The notes beneath the pieces were generated by a model. It saw only the letters and a program-made list of their open reading frames with translations, searched no databases and had not been told where the DNA came from. A DNA stretch of 64,000 nt from the NCBI GenBank assembly GCA_043228905.1, contig JBHGNT010000016.1, positions 18,662,001 through 18,726,000 on the forward strand, read 5' to 3'. Both the position numbers and the translations under genes were made by a program. The stretch is from Azolla caroliniana (lineage: Eukaryota; Plantae; Polypodiophyta). Positions 22,753 through 35,400 of the stretch are shown here, in pieces (position 1 is the stretch's first letter; every line of letters starts with the position of its first letter).

Positions 22753-25350
22753 TGTTACCTTATACGAGATGTACAGAGAGTCAAGTGTGATGAGCGAGGG
22801 TCGAATGTTATCATGATGTTGTTGTGTATGTGTAAGGGGCATAAATGTAATTGTGAGTCTATACGTATGTGAACACATGCACACGTGTGTGCATGTGGAT
22901 GGATACGAGGAAGTGTGAGTGAGTGTCTAGTATGAATGCTCGAGGGGGCTTACACCCCTATGTATCTACCCCCTCTTGTACTATTTAACCCCTTATGGGG
23001 AATGAATGAAAGAATAACCATTTCTCTCTCAATCTCTCTCTCTTCCCTCTCCTTAACGTTGAACCCCCTTGGGAGGGGGGTGGAGCCATTCTAGGCTCCA
23101 CCCCCCACCCCGCAATGCTTCGCAATGCTCATCCTGTCATCATCAATTCCACAATGCTTATCTCCGTCATCACACCCACCATGTCTATCTTTATCATCAA
23201 TCGTCATGAATATCATAAATGTTAACCCTAACCCTAAAACTGACAACACCTTTTGACGTGTGGAGCGGAGACCGGCAGGATGTGCTGAGAATGCATGGGA
23301 TATGGTTCCAGAAGAAGAAATGCGCAAAGAGTCGAAACCAGAATTGGAACCAGAACCCGAGTCGGTTAACACCGAAGGGTCAAAGAGCGACGGAGACGAT
23401 ATCCGAAATGCACGACAACAGCAACGGCCAAACAATGGGACATGGACACTGAAAAGCGACAGAGCCGGCGACGAGGACAGAGCCACCGAAAAGCGAAGGA
23501 GACGATGACAACGACAGACAGCAGGTCGACGGGTGGAATGGCAGAACATCGGTCAGAGTGGCCGAACAACACCGAAACAGAGGCGGCCGGACTGGACAAA
23601 TAGACGATGTCGGACAACGACTAAGATGGAGACGGCCAGACATCGACCGAACCAACGATCGGAGCGGTTGGACAAACGAACGGGATGACGACGAGAGAAA
23701 CAAATAGATGAAGAGTCGAAACGAACGGACAATCGGATAAATGACCGACAGAGACTTACAGCGGCCAAATAGACAGCCAGTTCAACAGCGGCCAAACTGA
23801 CGACCAGAAGGCATAGAGGTAGTCGGACAAGGCCGAAACTGTGGGGCGGAAAGCGGCCGAACAACAGAAATGCAGCAGCCGGAGTGGCAGCCAGATAGCA
23901 GAACGACAACAGAGATGGACGGTGATGGTGACGGCGACGGACAACAACAGTGACAAAGACATAAGAAACATGGATAGACAGAGAAGAGACAGAGGCAAAA
24001 GGAGAAGTAGAAAGAGAAGAAGCAGAGAAGGAAGAGGAAGGAAAAACACCATTAGCAGTGGAAGAACAAAGAAAGACAAGAAGATGACCCAAATCTATCA
24101 CCAAAACAAAAGAAGAGAAAGAGACGTTGAAGAAGAAGAAGAAGAAGGAAGGAATAAGAGGCGACACAGATAGAAAGGAGGGAAACGACAAAACCAAGAA
24201 GAAGAAGGAGAAGGAGAAGGGATCGTGAAAGAGAAGGACGCAGAAGAGAGAGAAGCAAAAAAACTGACACAGACAAGACAAGATCCGCAGACAGGAAGAG
24301 AAAGAAAAGAAAAACAGGAAAAAGATGGACAGACAAAGAAAAGAGTGGGAGAGGCAAAACAGAATAAAGGAATGAAGAAATGTAGAAAGAAGAAGAAGAG
24401 GGGAAAAAGAGATGATAAGGGGCATATGCTGAGGGCATATGTGAGAATTTCAATTACGTAGGGGTATTGAATAGAATTTTCTTTTAAAAAATTATGAGGA
24501 CGTAATGAGAAAATTTCATCAACATAAGGGTACATATCAAAATTTTAAAAAAACCAAGAGGGCACCACCAAAATTTTGAAAATCCCCAAGACTACTCACA
24601 CACGCTCAAAACAAAGGAAGAACATACATATACACGACATGATTTTGGACCCATGACGAAGTTCGTAAGCCGACAGAACAAGAATGTTTGTGTCGTGGAA
24701 AGATTTGTTGACCGACAAAGATGTTCGAGTCAAGCACTCCGATCGTGGGAGTCGATCGTTGAAAGGACCAATGGAAGTTCCGGTCGAAGAAATATCATCA
24801 TCAAGGCATGTGGGATCGACGTGCAAGGCACTCTCCCATGGGCGTGCCATATTGTGTTACCCCGTACGAGATGTACAGAGAGTCAAGTGTGATGAGCGAG
24901 GGTCGAATGTTATCATGATGTTGTTGTGTATGTGTAGGGGGCATAAATGTAATTGTGAGTCTATACGTATGTGAACACATGCACACGTGTGTGCATGTGG
25001 ATGGATACGAGGAGGTGTGAGTGAGTGTCTAGTATGAATGCTCGAGGGGGCTTACACCCCTATGTATCTACCCCCTCTTGTACTATTTAACCCCTTATGG
25101 GGAATGAATGAAAGAATAACCATTTCTCTCTCAATCTCTCTCTCTTCCCTCTCCTTAACGTTGAACCCCCTTGGGAGGGGGGTAGAGCCATTCTAGGCAC
25201 CACCCCCCACCCCGCAATGCTTCTCAATGCTCATCCTGCCATCATCAATTCCACAATGCTTATCTCCGTCATCACACCCACCATGTCTATCTTTATCATC
25301 AATCGTCATGAATATCATAAATGTTAACCCTAACCCTAAAACTGACAACA
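22753..25350 (-). mobile_element. Element G: non-autonomous LTR retroelement (2.6 kb, LARD/TRIM-like)
   Basis: 496-bp TG...CA repeats 22753-23248 and 24855-25350 (about 9 mismatches); minus-strand PBS-like TGGCACGCCCATGGGA starting at 24849; no gag/pol; flanks TGTTC and GATAC do not form a TSD. Confidence 0.8.
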
Positions 25351-27303
25351 GATACAACTAGATATTGAGAACGCATATGATCATGTAAGTTGGTCTTTTA
25401 TTACTCAACTTATGCCTCATATGGATTTTGGTGGAAGTATGTCTCAACTCTCTTTGATGTTGGGGTTAGGTGTAATGCCACACGCTATGTTAAATGGTGG
25501 AGTTACTAAGGCGATACCATTGACAAGGCCACTTAGACAAGGATGCCTATTGAGTCCATTATTTTGCAATTGCTACACACCTGATTTTGGTGAAGATGCA
25601 TGAGTTGGCAACATGTGGGGAAATACTTGGCCTAGCTCTACCATCCGAGAAACAATTGATATAGCTCAAGCATTGGCAAATGATTCATTTTTATTTCTCA
25701 ATGTTGTACTTGATAATATAGCTAAAGCCATGGAGGTGTGGAATGTGTTTGCATTAGCATTAGGATTACATTTTAATATGGTGTCAGGATTAAATATTAA
25801 ATTATGCGAAAGTCAATTCTCATTAGATGCACTAAGAGTGATTTGGTTGATCTTAGATGATGTGGCCAAATATTTGATCGAGGGAATGTGTGTTAGCACT
25901 TAGGTTACCCTATTGGTGTTGATATCTCATCATCTCAAAGTTTGAATTGGACATCGACGACCATTTTAAACAAGTTTATGTATTGGAAGTCTCAAGATTG
26001 ATCGTTTAGTACTCGTCTCAAAGTGGTACAAGCTATAATGATTCCAATGATTTCTTATTTTTTGTTATTATTACTTTGGACAAAGAAAGTACTTGATTAG
26101 TTCGCTCATTCACTTAAATATACATTGTGGATAAAAGGGTTAGAAATTGGTATGAATTGGGTATCATGGAGTAATATATGTACCCCAAAAAGGTTAAGAG
26201 GAGTTGTATTACTAAATTTAGAAGATCATATGGTAGCTTGAACATTCAATCTTTTAAAAGGTATGTGCATAGGTGCCCAACCTTGGGCGGAAATAATTGG
26301 TTATTTTGTGGAAAAGATTCGTTATACTATGGGAAAATGAGAATTACATCCTTGTGGTGGCATGTCATTAATAGTACTTATTCACTTAAATGTTCATAAT
26401 CTATTATGGTTCATCAATTAGTGTTTTCTTGGCAGTGATGTTTGAAATTGTTTAATTGGAGACCTCCTGAGTGCAAAAAAAACAATAAATCTTTGGCATC
26501 AAAGGTGCTGGCAACATCAAGGATATTACATTAGGATGGAAAAGAAAGTCTAAACTCACAGTTCAATCAAATTGCAAGGTTGGGCTTGGTAATTGTGGAA
26601 GATGCTATATTGGAGTCATGTAGGAAATGAAGGCCTTTCAGCCAGACAAAAATAAGTTTCATATACCATGTGGATATGGGTATATTTGGCAATCAATATT
26701 GGCATTGTCTAGTTTAGTTTTCCTAATTCCAAAGTTGGTGGTCGATGAACCGTGGAAAGATTGGTCATTTGGTATTGGAAAATCAATATGTGTGGTACAA
26801 ACTAATGATGTATACCATAAAGTTGATTGAAGATAGAGCTTTGTTAGCAAATAAGGTTTTGAATACATGGTACATTATTCGACATGTAAAGTGGTGGTGT
26901 CGAGTTTTAGATGCAGGATGGTAGTCTCACCTTCCATTTCCTGCAAAGGTGTTTCTATGGTGTGCAATGGTCGATGGGTTGCCTTTGGCAATGGCTATAC
27001 CCGTGCCATCATATCGGACGCGGTTTAATTGGACCACCAGAAATGGGTTATTGTTTAATGGACGTCTTGGGGCAACACAACAACTCTGTAGGATGCTAGG
27101 GAAGTAGATATGACAATTTTCGCAACTATGTTGTATTGGAATGTTGTCCCAAGATGAGGTAAAGTTCTGTCATCGAGTATTACAACATTTGCGAGGGTTT
27201 AACTTCTCTTATCGCCACTAAAGAAGTATTGGAGATAGCAAGGGTTGTATTATCATCTTGTTTTAATAACAAACATATGTTTACGAAAAAAAGGAAAAAA
27301 AAA
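25351..27303 (+). mobile_element. Degenerate L1-type LINE, RT to 3' end
   Basis: IQLDIENAYDHVSW, PLRQGCLLSP, ALANDS, a KVFLW zf-RVT-like motif near 26945, A-rich tail about 27286-27303. Confidence 0.8.
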
Positions 27304-28621
27304 TATCAATGAAAGGAACCCCCTATTTATAAAACCAAGAATCTATGCCACCTTGCTGCCTTACCTCTATATGGAAGACATGCATACAAGTCTTTGTGTG
27401 ACATTCCTTTAACATTAGACTAACCATACGATATACTAACACATATAAACTACAGATGTTCACATCTAGTATCCCGTTGGTCATAACACAATTCTTGTTT
27501 TCCCATGGTGTAAACTAACCTTCTCCACAAAATACTAAATTATGTCCTCCTATGGTTGAGTTCCTATTCACATACCTTTTAAGAGGATACATCTTTGTTC
27601 TCCTCCTAAATTCAATAGAGATGCTCCTCCTAAGTGGTTTGGGATACATATACGGTTCCACGAAACCCAACTCATGTCAAATTTTGACTCTTACTTCTTT
27701 TATGTATATTTTAAGAAATGAGCTACATGATAATGCAATTTTTTGTCATGGTTGGTTGTAGTCACAAATGAAAAGAAAAGAAAAGAAAAGAAAAACCATC
27801 AAAATCATTATTGCTTGTACACTTTGAGTCGAGTTGCAAATGACCACGTTTGGGATTTGTAATAATATACAAACATATCTACAAATTAATCACGCTTGAT
27901 AAATAGTTAGAAGATTTCCAAGGCAACCTATGAGAAAAATGACACCCTCTCTACAAATACATAAAGAGTCATAATTGGGAAGCATTAGAGGCTCGAACCA
28001 AAGAGAGCACGATAGAAATGTGATGTTTTTCATTTCTCGAAGGAGCGAAGTAGTATAAGATGTACATTGTTGTGGTCTCATGGGCCACATTGGCCTCTTT
28101 GGAGGTTGGCTCTCTTACTCAATTAGACATAGAGAAAGTGTCTCTCTTGCACAAACACACTCTACTTCTCCTAAACTATAAGCCAAACCAGTGTACTGAA
28201 CAAATGATATCACCATCTCTTAAATCTTTTATTACTAGTGGGAAACCTCAAAGTGAGGTGAAAACCCACAAAGAATAAAGAAAAATATACAAGTGTCGAT
28301 TAGACACTAAAGAGCTTTAAAGCACTGAAAGTAAAGATTGTAAATTTGTAGTGTGATGTCTCTAAGTTACAAAAAATCAAATAGAGATTTCATGAGGGAT
28401 TGCTTAAAGAAGCTAACTTCATGCAGTTGGTTTCGATCAAAGACCTTATTATTGGAGATTGTCCGAATGGTCCAGAGTGCCCAAAATCATGTCCATTGGA
28501 GAAAATAGGCATTGTTGGATAGGGCGCACGGAATTTGTCCAAATATCCAAAAATGTTTACCAAACCTTCGGCCAGGAAATCTGTGATAAAGAGATGCACT
28601 TAGGTACAAATGTTGTAGTGA

Positions 28622-29038
28622 ATGAGCAAGTCCATAATAATTGTGGGACCGTTTCTAATCGTCCACCACATCTTTGCACATCATCATGTTATCTGGAATC
28701 AAGTCACAGAGTTGGTACTTTCCTTAATACCTGTGCCACCTCTAGATGGAGATCGTAGGATTCAGGATTGGATGTTACAAAAAGGGAACATTGTTATTCC
28801 AATGCATAACATTACAACACATTCAGTGTATATGTTGTTGCTACTTGTCCCATGGTTTCACGAACATGCAAATGCATTATGGAACCTACACAAAACGCAA
28901 TCATGGTGGAAAAACAAGCTTACAAGCTTATGGAGCCTTGGTATTCCACTTAAGCAACGGGTATTCCTATGGAGATGCCTATTGGGTGTGCTCCCGATTG
29001 GGTCGAATCTTCAAAAGAGATCGATAGCCATCTCTTAA
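28622..29038 (+). mobile_element. L1-type LINE fragment (zf-RVT region)
   Basis: LWSLGIPLKQRVFLWRCLLGVLP motif. Confidence 0.65.
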
Positions 29039-29311
29039 ATCACATGCCAAATTGGTGAAGACCTCATGCTCTCTTGAGTTATATACCAATGTGGTGAATT
29101 GAAGCAACTATCTCCCGATCTCCGAATAGTTTACACAACCATCTCAATCATGATGTGATCTGGGCATGTAAAAACATTCAACCGTGGCATAATCAGTTAA
29201 GGCTTCCTTTCGAAGCCGACGCTTTGGAATATCTCATTATTGTTGTAGTCATTGCTTAAAATTTTGCTCATCTATAATTTCCCGACACTCAGTCTCTTCT
29301 AGTAATTAGCT

Positions 29312-29854
29312 TGCCCTAATGGTAAGTCATTTACACAAGTAGCACTACATCTTGGGTTCACCTCTCTATTACATACTCCACAGACATCTCTTATTCCTCA
29401 CTTTCTCTATTAGATACTCCATAGATATCTCTTATTTCACTAGATGCCACTGTGAAATGTAAGGGTTGAACCCATGACCACCTGGTCTCCATTGGGCAAC
29501 CTTACCAACTGAGCTACATCCATTTGGGCGAATCTCTCTCTCTCTCTCTTCGTAATTACCTTACCCTAGTGGTAAGTTGTTAGCACTACAAGAATTGTGT
29601 TTTGGGTTCGAAACCCAACTTCTTCACCTCTCTATTATATACTACATATAATATCTCTTAATTCACTAGATGCCACTGTGGAATGTAGGGGTTGAATGAC
29701 CACTTGGTCTTCTCCATTGGGCAACCTTACCAACTGAGCTACATCCATCTGGGCTCTCTCTCTCTCTCCACACACATGCACACATACACAATTCATATAT
29801 TGCACAGACTTTCTCCATTGGGCAACCTTACCAACTGAGCTACATCCATCTGGG
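29312..29854 (-). mobile_element. Cluster of tRNA-derived SINE-like copies (about 29312-29529, 29562-29754, partial duplicate 29811-29854)
   Basis: Minus strand: A-box TAGCTCAGTTGG and B-box GGTTCAACCC; each copy abuts a (CT)n run. Confidence 0.65.
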
Positions 29855-30126
29855 CTCTCTCTCTCTCTCTCCACACGCACGCACACATACACAATTCATA
29901 TATTGCACAGACATAAGGTCATGGGGTTCAATCACGTAAGCTACAAGGTTTTCTAACATGCGTACCCCTCCCTCCACACATCCATTCTGCCACACATGTT
30001 TGCGAGAGCTATGTTGATCGTGGTCCAAAAACAGTTGACACTGAACTATGGCTCGAGGACTGGTCCAAATGCTCGAGCTTATCGAGCGGGCCCCGCATAA
30101 ACCATCTCAACTCTGGTCCAATTGAA

Positions 30127-30147
30127 ACATACACACACACACACACA

Positions 30148-30185
<38 letters not shown>

Positions 30186-30219
30186 ATCTCTCTCTCTCTA
30201 ACACACACACACACACACA

Positions 30220-30251
<32 letters not shown>

Positions 30252-30356
30252 ATCTCTCTCTCTCTCTAACACACACACACACTCTCTCTCTCTCTCTCAG
30301 ATTTCTCAGGAAAAATGGTCGCCCTCTTCTTCTTCTTCTTCTTCTTCTTCTTCTTC
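30127..30356. repeat. Compound (CA)n/(CT)n and (CTT)n microsatellites upstream of the U-box gene
   Basis: Direct reading. Confidence 0.9.
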
Positions 30357-31272
30357 TTGGGTTTCCTGCAGAAGGATCTCAGAACCTTCCTCCTTCTCTT
30401 CCTGTAGACGTTCGCACACAAAACTACAGAGCAGCAGCTTACTCCATCGCCCATATCCGTCCAAATACTACTACTACTACTACTACTCCATCGCCCATAT
30501 CTCTCTTTCTTTCGGGTATCTCCCTCTCTCTCTCTCTCTCTCTCTCAATTTCTCTGTTTCTTTTTCCTCGTTGCTCGATCTCTTGTTTGTTTTGTGTGTT
30601 TCCGACTGTTTCCTGCCTCTTGTTCTGCTTTGCTTCTAGGGTTTCTGATTCTGGTTCTGTTTCAAAGAGATTTTACCCCCAAATTTTTCTTTGGGCATCT
30701 TTAGATTTTTGCGCTCTGCTTTGAAAGGATTATTTCACTAAGCGTTTTCGGGTGGGTTGTTGTGCTCTTTGCTGCTGTGGTTTAGTGTTTATGCTTGGTT
30801 TTTATGGTTTCAGGTTCCCTTCCGTGTTTCTAAGGATTTTGCTCTGTGTTTAGGGTTTCTTGTCTGTTCTCTAGAACTTCCTTTTTTCTGTTTCTGTAGG
30901 TTCAGCTCCGTTTCCAGGGTTTCTTCTAAGTTGAGTTTCTAATTCTGTGTTATTCTTTTTTAGGGTTCCATTTTATCTCCTGCCCCAAGGCTTTCCTGTG
31001 TCCTGCTTCTTGATCCAATTTCTTGCTCTTTCAAGTTGCCTATGAATTTTCTTTTCCCATTTCGGCTGAATTCAATCCTCTTTCTTTTTCTGAATTTCTG
31101 ATTGTTTTTATCATTTCATATCTTTACTCACTACTATCTATCTATATATGGATGTATCCATGTTTCTTGAATTCATGCTCTCCTCACAATTCTGCATCTT
31201 TACTTGCTGGAGCTTAATTTGCAGGTACTAAGAGTGGATTTAAGCTCTTCTTTTGTTGGTAGACCATCGGGG

Positions 31273-32469
31273 ATGGGCTCAGCACCACCGGAAGATTTCC
31301 GGTGCCCTATCTCATTAGAGCTAATGAGTGACCCGGTCATCTTGGCGACAGGGCAAACCTATGACAGGACATCCATCCAGAGATGGCTAGATGCCGGCCA
31401 CCGGACTTGCCCTAAGACTAAACAGCTCCTCTACGATGACATCAAGCTCATCCCTAATTATGCGCTGCGAAGCCTTGTCCACCAGTGGGCGGCTTCCCAT
31501 GGCATCGACCTCAAGAAAAAACCGGTGGCCGAAAATCATGCCACATCATCACCACAGGGCTCGTGTTTCTTTGTCTCTTCTGAAAGAGAAGGCGGGCTTA
31601 AGGCTCGGGTCGAGACCCTAGTTAAGAGCCTTTCGCGTGCGGGGGTTCAAGCACAAGCACGTATGGATGCTGTAAAGAAGCTTATCAGCCTTGCAAAAGA
31701 GTGTAAGGAGAATCGGAATTGTATTGTCGAGGCGGGCGGCATCCCAGCCATCTTGAGTGTGGTCTCGTCGGGCGAGCCGCAGATCGAAGAAGCTGGCTTG
31801 CAATCGCTGTTCGAGTTGAGCTTGGACGATGAGAACAAGGTGGGTTTAGTCGCCGAAGGCTGCGTGGATGTGATAGTTGAAGCTTTGAAAGCTTCCTCGA
31901 TGGAGGCGAGGATCAAGGCGGCCATTATCCTAACGAGTTTGTCCCTTGTGGATGTGAACAAGGCCACGATAGGAAGCCATCCAGGTGCCATCTCCGGGCT
32001 CGTGAAGCTTCTCGCAGAAGGCAACGTCCGGGCAAAGAAGGAATCGATGAACGCGTTATGTGCGTTGTGCATGTTTCATGACAATAAGCCAAAGGCAGTG
32101 TTGTCTGGCGTGATACCTCTCTTGTTAGCTCTCCTGATGGAGGGCCGGGGAGAACCGGTGGAGCATGCACTCACGGTGCTCGATTTTCTATCGACATCTG
32201 CGGAGGGGAGGCTGGCTATTATAAGAGAGCCTGCCCTCCCGACACTTGTTGGGTTGCTCCGGTCGGGGACACCCCGGAGTAAGGAGCATTCGGCTGCCGT
32301 ATTGTGGTCCCTTTGTAACAATAGTAAGAAATATACACTCCAAGCTTTCAATGCCGGGGCACTTGATACCTGCCTTAGCCTTATGCAAGGTGGCACTGCC
32401 CGTGCCAAACGGAAGGCCTCCTTGCTCGTGAAAGCCTTCAAAGAATGTGATCAATGGCCAAAAAATTGA
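31273..32469 (+). CDS. PUB8: Plant U-box/ARM-repeat E3 ubiquitin ligase, PUB8-like (398 aa, intronless CDS; probable 5'UTR intron ending at 31224)
   Basis: U-box PEDFRCPISLELMSDPVIL..GQTYDR..IQRWL; ARM motifs LSLDDENKVGLVAEG and VNKATIGSHPGAIS resemble Arabidopsis PUB8; TTGCAG acceptor upstream of ATG 31273. Confidence 0.88.
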   Translation: MGSAPPEDFRCPISLELMSDPVILATGQTYDRTSIQRWLDAGHRTCPKTKQLLYDDIKLIPNYALRSLVHQWAASHGIDLKKKPVAENHATSSPQGSCFFVSSEREGGLKARVETLVKSLSRAGVQAQARMDAVKKLISLAKECKENRNCIVEAGGIPAILSVVSSGEPQIEEAGLQSLFELSLDDENKVGLVAEGCVDVIVEALKASSMEARIKAAIILTSLSLVDVNKATIGSHPGAISGLVKLLAEGNVRAKKESMNALCALCMFHDNKPKAVLSGVIPLLLALLMEGRGEPVEHALTVLDFLSTSAEGRLAIIREPALPTLVGLLRSGTPRSKEHSAAVLWSLCNNSKKYTLQAFNAGALDTCLSLMQGGTARAKRKASLLVKAFKECDQWPKN

Positions 32470-35400
32470 CAAAAACACAAAAAACCAATGGAAAGTATTT
32501 ATCACCCTGTATTATGGTAGAAAAAGTGTGGAGCAAAAAGAATGGGACACATATCGGCGCCTGCCTCTCTTTATATGCAAAATGGGTGGATGACATTTAT
32601 TCCACGGCATCGGAGCTGACTATCATGGATCAACTTGTGAACGGGTGTGTATTTTTAACTCTCAAGGAGAATGTAGTTTTCACCAGCGTGATATCACCCC
32701 AAGTACCTATTTCCTAGAAGATTTTGTGGTGAAAAGGGTTTCTAGAGGGTTTGATTTCCGTCGGTTGTAATCACAAAAGAGCTCATTATGTTGGGATAAG
32801 CTAGTGTATACATACAAACATACATGCATACATACATATATGTGTGTGCTCTGTTTTATTACATGATCGATATGCATTCACTCATTCCCACAGATTCAGT
32901 TTCCATCTGCTGTATCAGCAAATATGTATATTTGTGTGTATGCATACATATACACATTAATCGATGTATATATTCATGTGTGTGTGTGTATACACGTACA
33001 TGCGCTAGTGTTTGTGTACAACTGCTTGATATACTAGTGTTGATAGATAGATATACATACATACATACATACATATATATGTGTATTTGCAGTTTTCTTG
33101 ACGTGATCGATGTACATTTGTTCATTCCCACAGATTCAATTTCCATTTGTTCTATCAACAAATATGTATATTCTGTATGTATATACACGAATGTATGCTA
33201 GTGCTGATAGATATGCATTGTCCCGTTCGGTGGTTATCCTCAGCAATGCTAGGCATTTGGTTGGATGCTAAATGTGCTACAGTGAAGGAAGATTCCATTA
33301 TGTTGCTCAAAAGAGATTTTTGATCTGTCGGAACAAAATTGTGTATCGCGTGGAAAGTGTTTTTCTACCCAATATAGCATTTGATCTGAAGGGGAGATTT
33401 TGTGACATAATTTGTTTAAGAGTTCCTTGATACCATGGAGATTTTAAATGTTTGAGGTGGATTGATGATGATGTATTTGATGTAATGTAAGAATTTTTCC
33501 TGTTGGTATGCATATTGTATTGATTTGTTGGAACTTTAGGACCTGAAAAAGAGAGAAAGAGATGGGTGTCGGCAGAAAGATGTGATCATGACTGATGGCT
33601 TATTGCTGTATTTGGTAAGGTTGTCGACCAGAGACTAGAAGATCATGCATTATTAATCTCCTACATTCCTTCATGGCATCTAGTAAAGCAATGTACAGTA
33701 AAATTCCGATCCAACTCTGTGTGGGCTAGTGAAATCTCGGCTTACAGTAGGGGGTATATAGCCCTAAATTCTAATGCAAATAAAATAGGTGATATGATTG
33801 ATGGATGATTTAGTTTGGCAAAATGTTCATGTGAAATGAAATGATTTATCTTGATATATATATATATATATATATGCACACACATGCGGTTTGAGAGCCT
33901 ATTGAATCTCGAAGGGGCAAAGTATTCCGCGTCACAATTAATGCAAGCTCGTGCGTCAAAAAATCCATCGTTGATGGAACTATATGCTCCTTTCCACATC
34001 ATTTGCCGCGCGACAAATTGTATGGAGCAGAAGCCTTGATACATCGCGAACATGTGATTATTTTGCTTTTTTGAAGTATTGTGGTTCCTAAAGGCCTCCC
34101 ACACAATAAGCTTGGTCACTATTGTCGATTCTAGGAAACGATTGTTAATTGTGTTGAACTTTTACCTAATTGTCACATGAAAAGTCTTGGGAAACGGCCA
34201 TATAATTGCACAAGAGATTGATTATAATACACGTATATTGACATTGGTTCTGCCGAAATTGACAATGCACCACAAACATTTGAATAATTAGAATCTAAAA
34301 TTAGTTCTTTAGTGCTTAAAATAAACACGGAACTTTTTTTATGTCAAACTTACAAATAGTTTAGTCTCCACTTTGAACATATAATGTCTTAAATAGTTGT
34401 AGGGTCTATCCATTACAAATAGAGATCTTCAATATCTTCAAAGTAAGATTTCAACCAATCGTCGTTCCTTTTTCAATAATCATGAGAGGTACATTTTCTT
34501 AGTAGTTACATCTAAACTACATATTATCAACATCGTCTTTGTGATGTGTTAATGCTATGATAATTTCAAAGTGAGTTTTATATATTTAACCACCGAAAGA
34601 ATATACATTTTTTGTCAAGCCTTAGTAATTGCTGTTTATAAGAGGCACATACACACAAGGTAATTGGACATCAAATTTATTGAAAGAAATTGTTAGTAAA
34701 TGTTAATAAAAAAACTCTTACACAACTTTGAGACCTTGAGCGATTTGGTTAATATGCTCCAATAAATTGGTCATTTTACAATATAAACAATCCATCTCAA
34801 GAAAGTTGGTTAGGTCATGATTTATGTGTGTATGCACAATTCAAACAAAAAAAATGCACTCAATATGCACCAATAACATAGTTTATATTACACTATTGGC
34901 ATTCAAGCTCAACAAAGGTTGGTTGGATAATAGGGTCTGCATGTGCGGTTTCATGTACATGCAAACAATAAAATGCGGTCAATTGAAGTAAGGTATGATC
35001 AAGTAAGGTGATGTTGCTTAATTCCTACATAAACATCATCAAAAGGAAAAGATGTTTATATGTAACAATGTGTTGAAAGTATGCCAATATTTGTCACGTT
35101 CTTCCAATGCTATACATCACTTTAATCTTCAATAGTGTATATTCTTCTTAATGAAATGGTGACTACAAAGCAACCATGGTGCCATATTTAACCTCCTTAC
35201 TTTTCTACAAGCAGCATGGTTCCATCCACCCTTATATCTTTCTAAACATACACAATCATTAGGCTCATCTTTCTCGGTTCGCACAACTAATGCTTAAACC
35301 TACTTTGTCGTCTTATGTTAATAAACGTTCACCCTTACATCTTTCTAAACATACACAATCATTAGGCTCATCTTTCTCGGTTTGCACAACTAATGCTTAA

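Noticed and set aside
23091-24535. Long F/L/S-rich and R/K/E-rich ORFs
   Set aside because: Artefacts of purine/pyrimidine-skewed low-complexity sequence inside G; no domain motifs.
28180-28620. Possible solo copia LTR
   Set aside because: Only a GTGGGAAACC...AAAACCCAC motif resembles copia LTRs; termini and TSD could not be found.
29440-29529. Functional tRNA gene
   Set aside because: A/B boxes are present but no convincing acceptor or anticodon stems; repeated degenerate copies indicate a SINE.
30079-30724. ORFs with HT/SL/L runs
   Set aside because: Translations of microsatellites in the promoter/5'UTR.
31204-31272. N-terminal extension of the U-box ORF
   Set aside because: Starts at a non-ATG codon and spans a likely splice acceptor (31224); ATG 31273 preferred.
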